DNA of 64,000 nt, from positions 2,080,001 through 2,144,000 of the forward strand of contig CAXXIA010000002.1 in assembly GCA_963666985.2 (NCBI GenBank). Reading direction: 5' to 3'. How positions within the stretch are numbered: the stretch's first letter is position 1; the number at the start of each line of letters is the position of its first letter. The notes under the pieces were generated by a model. That model did not search any database. It was not told the DNA's origin and saw nothing but the letters and a program-made list of their open reading frames with translations. The DNA is from Spirochaetia bacterium (GTDB lineage: Bacteria; Spirochaetota; Spirochaetia; DSM-2461). The position numbers were made by a program, and so were the translations under genes. This document shows positions 48,222 through 57,309 of the stretch, piece after piece.

Positions 48222-48881
48222 ACGATTAAATATTCACAAGCCGTTATTTTTGATATGGATGGAGTTCTGGTTGACTCGGAGCCCCAGCATAATGCCGCCG
48301 ATTATCAAACGTTCAAGCAGTTCGGAGTAACCTTAACCGATGAAATCCTGGAAGGTTTTTGCGGGATGGACATTGTTGTTTCTTTTACCCGGATGAAAGA
48401 AAAGTTCGGTATACAGGTTCCTGTGGAAGAACTGATTTCTATGAAGAATGATCTTTTCAAAGCCGAACTTCATCGAAAGATTCCCAAAGTTGATGGATTG
48501 GATGAGATGATTAAGGAGATTTCAGGTTTATCTTTATCCAGGGCTTTGGCGTCTTCATCCGGTAGAGATATTGTCGATACGGTTTTGAACGGCTTACGGC
48601 TTCGGGATTGGTTTGAGGTTACGGTTGCCGGGGATGAAGTTGTTCAAGCCAAACCGAATCCTGCCATATTTCTTAAAGCGGCCGAACTTCTGAAGGTTGA
48701 AGCTTCAAGCTGTGTTGTGATTGAGGATTCGAAAAACGGCGTTTCGGCCGCTAAAGACGCGGGAATGCGTGTTATCGGTTTTCGAAACCCTTCATCCGGT
48801 AATCAGGATCTTTCCAGAGCGGATGTTGTCACGGATTCCTTTCGAACTATCCCGAGGATTATCCGTGGTCTTTTGGAGTAA
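48222..48881 (+). CDS. HAD family phosphatase (beta-PGM-like), non-canonical start
   Basis: AVIFDMDGVLVDSE, ASSS, KPNP, VIEDS..G..AA..AGM; motif I begins upstream of first ATG (48255). Confidence 0.85.
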   Translation, partial: TIKYSQAVIFDMDGVLVDSEPQHNAADYQTFKQFGVTLTDEILEGFCGMDIVVSFTRMKEKFGIQVPVEELISMKNDLFKAELHRKIPKVDGLDEMIKEISGLSLSRALASSSGRDIVDTVLNGLRLRDWFEVTVAGDEVVQAKPNPAIFLKAAELLKVEASSCVVIEDSKNGVSAAKDAGMRVIGFRNPSSGNQDLSRADVVTDSFRTIPRIIRGLLE

Positions 48882-48966
48882 GAGGAGATAGGAGTATTGG
48901 AATCTTCTCCTCTAAAATAGAGAACTGGAGTGGAAGAGCCGCGGACCTGACCAGGCGAACGGCAAA

Positions 48967-49743
48967 GTGCCCTATCTGTACTATGCGATAAATCGGGAAA
49001 TTGGAGAAATAAACTTGAATATAAATGAGAATAAGAGAGCCTGTAAATTAATTTATATGATTAGTGCTTTCTGTGTGTTTTCGGCTTTCATTATTATGCT
49101 TGCTGAAATATTTATCACTGCTTTGCCCGACGGTGCTCGGGTACAGGTGACGGCTAAAGAATTACTTGAAATGTATCATCGTAATTGGTTTATGGGTATG
49201 CGGTACATGGGACTTATGAATATTTTTTCTACCACTGTTATGATTCCCGTTTTCTTATCTATCTACAGCATCCATCGAGAGGAAAATGAAATATTAGCAT
49301 TACTCTCATTAATTGTTTGTTTATTAGGATATGCAATATTCATGTCTGATAATGTTTCTTTTCCATTATTGAATTTAAGCAATAAATATTTCGCTGCAAC
49401 TTTTGAAGGCGAAAAAGCAATTTTAATTTCAGCCGCCGAAGCATTAATCGCAAAAGGATCAAGTCATTCGTCAGGTACCTTCCCCGGATTTTTGCTAAGC
49501 CAAATTGGAAGTATGTTATTTTGTATTTTAATAATTAGTGGAAAGAAGTTTAGAAAGAAAACAGGAATTTTTGGAATTACTGCTTTTTCCTTTTTATTAC
49601 TATTTGAAGTTACCTCTTCATTTATAAGCTCTTTGTATAATCAAGCAATGATTCTTGCCATGATTGGAGGAATCTCTGCATTAACTTGGTATGTTTTTGT
49701 TGGATTTGAATTATTAAGATTCGCAAGAGTTAAAGAGAGATAG
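48967..49743 (+). CDS. Membrane protein (DUF4386-like)
   Basis: About 6 TM helices, AT-rich; family assignment from recall of similar proteins only. Confidence 0.5.
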   Translation: MPYLYYAINREIGEINLNINENKRACKLIYMISAFCVFSAFIIMLAEIFITALPDGARVQVTAKELLEMYHRNWFMGMRYMGLMNIFSTTVMIPVFLSIYSIHREENEILALLSLIVCLLGYAIFMSDNVSFPLLNLSNKYFAATFEGEKAILISAAEALIAKGSSHSSGTFPGFLLSQIGSMLFCILIISGKKFRKKTGIFGITAFSFLLLFEVTSSFISSLYNQAMILAMIGGISALTWYVFVGFELLRFARVKER

Positions 49744-49773
49744 TACACAAACAGCATAAAGGTACACCGGCCG

Positions 49774-50190
49774 TCAAAGATGGTTGGCTGCCCTTATGTG
49801 CACGTACAAGATTTCACTGTAGCGTAATAAATAAGACGCAACAGGTGTGATATCCGTCCATAAATCAAAGATATATGGCTTTCCCTTAAGTGCGATCTCT
49901 AAGTCTGAGGGTACCGCCGGTTCCGGCCAAACTTTGGAAGGTTCAATCTGAAGTTCAACAACATCTCCATGTTCAACAGAGGTAGCTTCAATCAATGATT
50001 GATCGATCTTAAACCAATGACTTCCTTTGCCATCCGGTTCAAGTACGGCAAGAAAAGGTGTTTTATTAAGAGTCCCATTAATCGGCGTGGCTCCACGAGA
50101 AGGAAGTTTTTTGCTTACCGATTCAGGCAATCGTAAAAGAGTCCATATGCCGATCCGTGATATTTTTGTCTCAAAATAAATATTCGACAT
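49774..50190 (-). pseudogene. DUF1905 / YdeI-OmpD-associated protein, C-terminally truncated
   Basis: LPESVSKKLPSRG, LEPDGKGSHW, EPAVPSDL, W.DITP; the expected following helix (R.DWI.WI..K..ETR..RI) is missing. Confidence 0.55.
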
Positions 50191-50455
50191 GGTTTATATC
50201 CTCACCGAATCAAGAATGTCTCCTTCTTAAAGTGTAACAAATGTATTGTTCATAAAACAGCTGCCCAAGTATTCCGGCGTCAAAAGGAGTATTTGCTTCA
50301 GGGACTTCATCCGTATTTTACTGTGGCAAAGGCACTTGCGGATACGTTCCCTGAAGATGTATGGTAAAGTGAAGTGGGGACGGGCTTTTTGGCACATGTC
50401 AACACCGACGAAACATTTCCGGATTTCACCGATTTAGTTTTTCCGGTTTTGGGCG

Positions 50456-51220
50456 TCAAAGGAAGTCAACGACTCCCGCTTTCAACCGATCCTTCATTCG
50501 GTACGAGTCTCCTTGAAGACTCAGGATATGAGCATGGTGAAGCAGACGGTCCAGGGTTGCACTGGCAACAGCCTCATCACTCATTATCTCCGCCCATCTG
50601 CCAAATGGCTTGTTCGTCGTAATGATCATACTCCCCTGTTCATACCGGGCATTCACAACCTGGAAGAAAAGATTAGCCTGTTCGGGTGTCAGCTTCTCGT
50701 AACCGACTTCATCGATGAGAAGCAGGTGCGGTTTTCGGAGCCATACCAGCCGACGCTTGAGCCGGTTGTTCTCTCGGGCAAGAACCAGGTTCTCAATGAG
50801 GTCGATGCAGGTGGTATGGTAGGTGGTGAATCCCTCCATGCAGGCCTTGTGCCCCAGGGCCAGCATCAGATGAGATTTTCCCAGGCCGCTGGGACCCATG
50901 AGAATGACGTTCTCCTTTCGCTCGATGAAGGCCAGAGAGGAGAGCTCGTCAAACTGGCGGTTGGTGATACCACCTTTGAGCCACCCCCTGTCGAAGTCTT
51001 CCAGCCTTTTCACTGCCGGCATTCCTGAAAGCTTCAAGCGGCTCTTGGCGCTCCGTTCTTTACGGGGGATGTATTCAAGTTCCATCAAGTCGGCAACGAT
51101 ATCCAGTACCGTCTGTTCCTGCCGGCGGGGTTCTGCCAGGAAGGATTCCAGTCCTGCGGACATGAAACTCATACCCAGCGAATTCATTCTCTCGGTGACG
51201 GTCTCAAGTTTGATATTCAT
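50456..51220 (-). CDS. istB: IS21 helper ATPase IstB
   Basis: GPSGLGKSHL, LLIDEVGY, IITTNKPF..W, ATLDRLLHH, GDSYR. Confidence 0.95.
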   Translation of the reverse strand: MNIKLETVTERMNSLGMSFMSAGLESFLAEPRRQEQTVLDIVADLMELEYIPRKERSAKSRLKLSGMPAVKRLEDFDRGWLKGGITNRQFDELSSLAFIERKENVILMGPSGLGKSHLMLALGHKACMEGFTTYHTTCIDLIENLVLARENNRLKRRLVWLRKPHLLLIDEVGYEKLTPEQANLFFQVVNARYEQGSMIITTNKPFGRWAEIMSDEAVASATLDRLLHHAHILSLQGDSYRMKDRLKAGVVDFL

Positions 51221-52470
51221 ACCGAGACTCCCACAGCGACAAAGCGCTCATAGTAGGCAGGATTTCTGATATCGACGATGGTCTGCTCATCTTGTTGCTT
51301 CCGGACTGGTTTTTTCGCCGACTTCTTACGCTGCTTCTCCCACAGGGTAAAGAGTGCTTCCCGATCTTCATTGCGGATATCCTTCTGCCGGGAGCCAGCT
51401 GGAAGGAGATTGAATAGCCGTATGGAAACCTTCCCATTGAGGATTTCCCCCTGCATGGAAAGCGCATCGATTTTCAGCGTCAGCTTCTTACCAACCAATA
51501 CAGGCGGCACGCTGTACTTGTTAGTCTTGTAGGTGACTGAGCCTTCTCGACTGACAATGAGCTGAATGCTGTCACGGTAGTCAAAAGCTCCCTCTGGCGG
51601 TGCCGGTTGCAGGAAGGATTTCTCCACCTCATATCGCTGGGCACGACTTTCCTGGTAGTCCCGGAGCTCTTTCTGCTGAACTTCAGTCAGCCAGGGCAGA
51701 ATGGCGTCATTGAGTTCTTCGATCGTCTTCAGGCCACTACGCCGTGCCTGAGAAAGGAAGTTACCCGAAAGGTAGTCGATGAACCTCTCTACTTTTCCTT
51801 TGGTCTGGGGACGCCTGACGGCGCATCGTCTTGGAGAGAAACCGTAGGAGGAAGCGAACTCCAGTAACCGGGAGTTGGTCTTCCACTCTTCTCCGTCGTG
51901 GACCCATGCTGTTTTCATGTTGTCGTACAATACAGTCTGAGGAACACCGCCAAAATACTCAAAGGCTTTCTGGTGGCAGGCCAGCAGTGTGCCGCTGGTC
52001 ATATCGGTGGTGAATCTCACATAGGGAGTCCGGCTGTAGCCGAGGACCATGACGAAGGCGTAGACGCCTCGCCAGTGTTCCTTCGGCAATATCTTCCAGT
52101 CCATCTGTGCCTGGTAGCCGGCCTGGGTTTCGAAGCGGCGAACTACTTCTCTCTGAATCTCATCTCGGGTCTCTTTGGCGAAATCACGGAGGATGGTGAT
52201 TCCTCCGGTGTAACCCATGGCGCAAAGATTCTTATAAAGCACCTCGCAATTGAAGAGCGGTTCCTCCTCAAGTACACTGCGAATATGGGATTTGAAGTGG
52301 TCGAGCTTGCTCTTCCGTTTCTTCCTGGGGCTCATTTTGGGACTGTGTCCGCTGAGGTAATTTCGAACCGTTCGGTCGGTAACGCCGAGTATTTCGGCGA
52401 TTCGGTACTGCTTGTACCCTTCCTTGGCCAGCACTTGAGCCTGGTGCATGCGTTTCTCCTGGAGCTTCAC
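51217..52470 (-). CDS. istA: IS21 transposase IstA
   Basis: N-terminal HTH, RFET..G.QAQMDW, YDNMK, PQTKGKVER, NKYSVP. Confidence 0.95.
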   Translation of the reverse strand: MKLQEKRMHQAQVLAKEGYKQYRIAEILGVTDRTVRNYLSGHSPKMSPRKKRKSKLDHFKSHIRSVLEEEPLFNCEVLYKNLCAMGYTGGITILRDFAKETRDEIQREVVRRFETQAGYQAQMDWKILPKEHWRGVYAFVMVLGYSRTPYVRFTTDMTSGTLLACHQKAFEYFGGVPQTVLYDNMKTAWVHDGEEWKTNSRLLEFASSYGFSPRRCAVRRPQTKGKVERFIDYLSGNFLSQARRSGLKTIEELNDAILPWLTEVQQKELRDYQESRAQRYEVEKSFLQPAPPEGAFDYRDSIQLIVSREGSVTYKTNKYSVPPVLVGKKLTLKIDALSMQGEILNGKVSIRLFNLLPAGSRQKDIRNEDREALFTLWEKQRKKSAKKPVRKQQDEQTIVDIRNPAYYERFVAVGVSV

Positions 52471-52733
52471 GGGCAGTGTCCTTTTCGATGGGTGTATGGT
52501 TACTCCATCTTAGGGATACTCGCCCGTTTTTATTGGCTCAAAACCGGAAATCTTATTCCGGTGTTTTCAGGAAATTTATCACCGGTGCTGACAGCACAAG
52601 AAGGAGCGCATGTCAATCGGTTTGCCGAATATGAAAATCTATATAATCTTGAGCATTTATGCGCAATGTTTATAAAGATCTATTCTGGAGTTTTTTTATT
52701 AGGATCAGTTACTTAAAGTATTTATAGAAAAGG

Positions 52734-53636
52734 TTGGCCATGCCTGAAGATATTTTTCCGATACGCGATAATGTTTTTCATATTTATGAATCTTTAGGTG
52801 TTTATTGCACCCTGGTTGTCGGAACCGAAAAGGCTTTGCTTATTGATACGGGTTTTGGATTCGGTGACCTTTCGTCCAAAGTAAGAAAGATCACATCATT
52901 GCCAATTATTGTTGCTAATACGCATGGACATACCGATCATATACAGGGAAACAAGAATTTTGATGAAGTCTATATACACCCCAACGATATTGTTTTATCA
53001 AAGCTGCATTCCTCATTTCCTGTAAAGCTTTCAATTTATTTAAATAATAAAAGGAACCTTACTCCTTCCGAGAAAAAAAACACTTTTTTCTATTTTAAGC
53101 CAAAAAAACAAAAAGTATTCCCTATTGAAGAAGGTTCAATAATTGATCTTGGCAACAATAAGCTGGAAATTATTCATACTCCGGGCCATACAAAAGGATC
53201 GATCTGCATACTCGATAAAGTACACAGACTTCTATATGCCGGAGATTCTTTCTCAAGTCATGTTTGGCTTTTTTTTAGAGAATCAACATCAATCGATATC
53301 TACACTGAAAGTATCGATAAGATTCTATTAAGAATGAATGAATTTGATGCGATTTTGCCATCACACTTCCAAGTTACATTAAAAAACACATTTTTAAACA
53401 CAATAAGGCATTGCGCAAAAAATATTTCCAAGGAAAAAAGTACCGTATTTGATACGAAATTAGCAGGCAAAGCGCTTCTTTATATGGAAGGGTTCGAACA
53501 TATTGCGGGAAAATATGGATATCAAACGTTTGAAGATTTTTCTCTTCATTTAAAAGAGATCCCCCCCGAAGAAATCGCAGAGATAGATTTTGCATCAATA
53601 GTTTATTCAAAGAAAAAATTGAGAGCCTCAAGGTAG
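52734..53636 (+). CDS. MBL-fold metallo-hydrolase
   Basis: LIDTG, THGHTDH, PGHTKGS, AGD, PSH. Confidence 0.88.
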   Translation: MAMPEDIFPIRDNVFHIYESLGVYCTLVVGTEKALLIDTGFGFGDLSSKVRKITSLPIIVANTHGHTDHIQGNKNFDEVYIHPNDIVLSKLHSSFPVKLSIYLNNKRNLTPSEKKNTFFYFKPKKQKVFPIEEGSIIDLGNNKLEIIHTPGHTKGSICILDKVHRLLYAGDSFSSHVWLFFRESTSIDIYTESIDKILLRMNEFDAILPSHFQVTLKNTFLNTIRHCAKNISKEKSTVFDTKLAGKALLYMEGFEHIAGKYGYQTFEDFSLHLKEIPPEEIAEIDFASIVYSKKKLRASR

Positions 53637-53688
53637 TGTTTTACAACTTTCATAAAATCGGCCATTCGTATACAGTTCTTCTATCGGA

Positions 53689-54606
53689 ATGAACAAACAT
53701 GTAACGAGCATTCTTCAGGCCCTTCTTGTTACTTTTCTCTGGTCAACGTCATTTATAATAATCAAAAAAGGCCTTTTAACGATTCCTCCGATTACTTTCG
53801 CAGGCCTTCGATATTTCCTTGCCTCTTTGTGCCTTCTCCCGTTTGTTTTCCGGCCGTCCTATCGGTCGGAAATTCACAAGCTGAACAAAAGCCAATGGGT
53901 TAGGTTGATTCTTCTCGGTTTGGTTTTTTATGTTCTTACCCAAGGTGCTCAGTTTTTAGGTCTTTCGCTTTTACCTTCGGCAACAGTCAGCTTAATGCTC
54001 AATTTTACTCCTCTCGTTGTTGTTGCTCTCGGCACGGCTTTTCTCAATGAGAAACCGACTAAACGTCAGATTGCCGGTATTGTTCTCTTCATTGCGGGCG
54101 CTCTCGTCTATTTTCTTCCACTGACCGACATTGGATCACAAGTTATCGGACTCGCCGTGATGATTCTCGGGGTTCTCTCAAATGCAGCATCATCAGTCTT
54201 AGGCCGGAAGGTAAATCGGAAGAAGAATCTCAGCCCTTTTACCGTTACGTTAATTTCTATGTCTGTCGGTTCCGTTGTTCTTCTTTCGTTGGGTTTGGCT
54301 GTTGAAGGTATTCCGAAAATCCCACTTATATCGTGGCTGTCGCTCCTCTGGTTGTCCGCGGTGAACACGGCCTTTGCATTTACTCTTTGGAACAGAACAC
54401 TTCGTTATCTTACGGCAATGGAATCAAGCATTATAAACGGAACAATGCTCATTCAGATTGCCATATTGGCTTGGATTTTCCTGGGAGAGAGTTTATCAAT
54501 GTCGAATATCGGGGGAATGATTGTAGCCTCGATTGGAGCGATACTTGTTCAGCTCAGGCCTCGTGTGAAAGATGAGTTGCATGATACTGCCAAAAACAGC
54601 GGTTAA
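53689..54606 (+). CDS. EamA/DMT family transporter
   Basis: About 10 TM, two EamA repeats (LWSTSF, FAGLRY, FLNEK, FLGE). Confidence 0.9.
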   Translation: MNKHVTSILQALLVTFLWSTSFIIIKKGLLTIPPITFAGLRYFLASLCLLPFVFRPSYRSEIHKLNKSQWVRLILLGLVFYVLTQGAQFLGLSLLPSATVSLMLNFTPLVVVALGTAFLNEKPTKRQIAGIVLFIAGALVYFLPLTDIGSQVIGLAVMILGVLSNAASSVLGRKVNRKKNLSPFTVTLISMSVGSVVLLSLGLAVEGIPKIPLISWLSLLWLSAVNTAFAFTLWNRTLRYLTAMESSIINGTMLIQIAILAWIFLGESLSMSNIGGMIVASIGAILVQLRPRVKDELHDTAKNSG

Positions 54607-54641
54607 TATACACCGGCCGCGAAGTTTCGCGTAATAACGGA

Positions 54642-55433
54642 ATGTATCCCAGATACAAGGATCATTACATGGAACAAGAACTTTTAGAGGGAAATGTTAA
54701 TCCTCCAATATTAAAGAATAATAAAATATATAAGAAGGCACATAAAGCTTCCTGGACAATAGATCTCCTTCTCAAACATGTTCGCAAAAAGGGAATGAAC
54801 TGGATACCTGAGTCGTACGGAATTGATAATGGTTTTCACGTTATAGAATATCTTAAAGGAAAGACAATTCATAATAATCCGCGATGGATATGGGAAATAG
54901 AGGTATTAATTCAAATTGCTACAATGCTGCGCCAATGGCATGATGCAACTCAAGATTTTGAATGTAAAAAAAGCGATTGGTTATTAGCGAATTTCGAGAA
55001 AAAAGAAGTAATTTGCCACAATGATTTTGCACCGTACAATATTTTGTTTATTAACAAGAAACCCACAGGATTAATTGATTTTGATACGTGTTCACCAGGA
55101 TCAAGATTATGGGATATTTCATATGCGGCTTATCGCTTTATTCCCATTTTCCCTATGAAAGGTGAAACGGAGTTTAATGAATATTCATTATTTACAAGAA
55201 AAGAAGTTCTTCAGAGACTTAAACTGTTCCTTAAGGTCTATGGGCATTCGGAAAAAGATAAATACTTTTCAGTAGATGAGACTTTTGCGGTATTACAGAG
55301 ACGTTTGGAAGTTCTTGCTCAATGGTCGGAAGAGTTTGGAAAGGAAAATAGAAATCCGGAACTTCTTGAACATGCAAAGATGTACTTTGAACATTCTCAG
55401 TGGATTTCCTTGGTGCTGGGATCCGTGTTCTAA
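54642..55433 (+). CDS. Aminoglycoside phosphotransferase / kinase-like protein
   Basis: CHNDFAPYN (Brenner motif), IDFD, WDISY. Confidence 0.82.
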   Translation: MYPRYKDHYMEQELLEGNVNPPILKNNKIYKKAHKASWTIDLLLKHVRKKGMNWIPESYGIDNGFHVIEYLKGKTIHNNPRWIWEIEVLIQIATMLRQWHDATQDFECKKSDWLLANFEKKEVICHNDFAPYNILFINKKPTGLIDFDTCSPGSRLWDISYAAYRFIPIFPMKGETEFNEYSLFTRKEVLQRLKLFLKVYGHSEKDKYFSVDETFAVLQRRLEVLAQWSEEFGKENRNPELLEHAKMYFEHSQWISLVLGSVF

Positions 55434-55463
55434 TGAAAGTATGTTTAATATAAGGAAAGGTCT

Positions 55464-56252
55464 ATGGCTATGAAAAAATACACCGATGGGAATCGTGAAG
55501 CTTGGAACATAGCATCTCAATATCATTTCAAAGCAATGGGTGAGAAATGGCTTGAAGGTTTCAAAACGCCCGGATATACCTGTTTTGATGAATTTGATTA
55601 TAATTTATACAATCGTTTGCCGCTTCAAGGAAAATCCGTCTTTCAAGCTCCCTGCAATAATGGACGTGAAATCCTGTCATTTATAAATATGGGGGCATCG
55701 GAAGGTGTCGGATTCGATATATGCGATGAAAATATTGTCTTTTCTGAAAAGCTGAAACAGGTTTCCGGGATTCAAGCGGAATTTATTCTTACAGATGTCT
55801 ACACCATACCTGAAAAATATAACGAGCAATTTGATATCGGCATAATTACCGTTGGTTCAATAACGTGGATGCCGGATTTGAAAAAGTATTTTGATATTTA
55901 TCGACGCTTATTAAAGACGAAGGGAATTCTTTTTATATATGAAATGCATCCTTTGACAATCGCTTATCCCTATTCTTTCACCGGAAAGAGTGAAATCGTT
56001 TTTGAAACAAGCTATTTCACCAAAGAAGCCCTCATCTATTATGATAGTCTTGATTATTACGGACACGAAGAGTATCAAGGCCCGGCTCAGTATAATTTTC
56101 AATACACGATGTCCGATGTAATTCAAACTCTTATTGATCTGGATTTCTGTCTAGAGGAATTTAAGGAATATCCGCATGATATGGGCGGCGGCCATGCATA
56201 TTTGGAAAATAAGGTTCCATTAAGTTATCATCTTTGGGCTACTAAGAATTAG
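55464..56252 (+). CDS. Class I SAM-dependent methyltransferase
   Basis: NREAWN, CNNGRE, GFD, DVY, GSITWMPDL, GILFIYEMHP. Confidence 0.85.
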   Translation: MAMKKYTDGNREAWNIASQYHFKAMGEKWLEGFKTPGYTCFDEFDYNLYNRLPLQGKSVFQAPCNNGREILSFINMGASEGVGFDICDENIVFSEKLKQVSGIQAEFILTDVYTIPEKYNEQFDIGIITVGSITWMPDLKKYFDIYRRLLKTKGILFIYEMHPLTIAYPYSFTGKSEIVFETSYFTKEALIYYDSLDYYGHEEYQGPAQYNFQYTMSDVIQTLIDLDFCLEEFKEYPHDMGGGHAYLENKVPLSYHLWATKN

Positions 56253-56379
56253 TTCCGAGCGGATATTCGCCAACAGAGGAAATTCTTTTATTTAAATTTA
56301 GGCAAAGTTCCGAAAATGCTCCATAACTTTATCAGCAGGAGTACCTCAACAGCCGGTATTCCAGTTCTCTATCAATTGG

Positions 56380-56862
56380 TTATTCAAAATGGATGATAAA
56401 TTCACAGTAATCGTCATGCATGCCAATGGCTTTCTTTATCTCGGCTCGCACTCCACCATGATGGAACGGTCGAAAGACATTTTCAAACATACCTGCGGAA
56501 CAGAGACAAAATGTCGGATTCGGCTCTGCAAGACCTTCTTCAACAAGATCGCAACCGCACTGCTTAAGAATGAAGTGGGCTTGATTTCCGTCAATGGTCC
56601 AGAAGGTACTTGCATTCAAGACTTCTCGGCGTCTTTTATTAATTGCTTCAATCAGTTCATATACCGATTTGGGTTCTTTCCCGAAATGAGATATTGTCTT
56701 CTCGAGGATTTGTTCCGCACATTCTTTCCCTGCGGATTTCATTGTATATTGACAAATTTTTTCATCTCTCAACTCATTTAATGCGGTGCATACACCTTTA
56801 ATCCATGCACGATTTCGTTCAATAGCCGATTGGCTTATTTCTTTGTTTGACATAATTCTCAT
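56380..56862 (-). CDS. Hypothetical Cys-containing protein (V4R/DUF6144-like)
   Basis: GKECA, CGC, FCLCSAG, CEF pattern. Confidence 0.5.
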   Translation of the reverse strand: MRIMSNKEISQSAIERNRAWIKGVCTALNELRDEKICQYTMKSAGKECAEQILEKTISHFGKEPKSVYELIEAINKRRREVLNASTFWTIDGNQAHFILKQCGCDLVEEGLAEPNPTFCLCSAGMFENVFRPFHHGGVRAEIKKAIGMHDDYCEFIIHFE

Positions 56863-57039
56863 CCGACCTTTTTTACTTATTACCAGTTACGAGAAAAAAG
56901 TAAAGCCGGAGAGTGGATAACTCAGCTATGAAGATGCATCGGGAGTTATACGTAAGTTGATACGGCGGCAGGAATCTATAGGGGTTTTGGAAAAAGAATA
57001 ATATTGCTCCCACGGGGGGAGCGACTTCCTTCGGACGCG

Positions 57040-57309
57040 AAAAGCGGTATCGAGCTGGAGTTCATTCAACCAGGGAAGCCGACTCAGAATACCTACATCG
57101 AACGGTTCAGCCGGACGGTTCGGCATGAGTGGTTGAAACTGGTTAATTTCGATTCGATCGAACAAGCATAGTTCCTTGCGACCGAATGGCTATGGACTTA
57201 CAATAACGAGCGACCAAATTCAGCAGTCGGAGGGGTGCATCCGAGAACGGTGAATCTGGTCACTTGAAAACCTCTACTTCTGACGGCATTCAAGAATAGG
57301 GGGATTACA
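57040..57309 (+). mobile_element. IS3-family remnant (transposase C-terminus with internal stop, plus right end)
   Basis: GIELEFIQPGKPTQNTYIERFSRTVRHEWL...EQA*...W..TYNNERPNS..GG..P; TAG at 57169; end ...GGGGGATTACA at 57309. Confidence 0.85.

Larger units (their letters stand above)
50397..52593 (-). mobile_element. IS21 family insertion sequence, complete, 2197 bp
   Basis: Termini TGTCAACACCGACGAAACATTTCC and (reverse complement) TGTCAGCACCGGTGATAAATTTCC; 5-bp direct repeat GCACA at 50392-50396 and 52594-52598; istA-istB. Confidence 0.95.
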
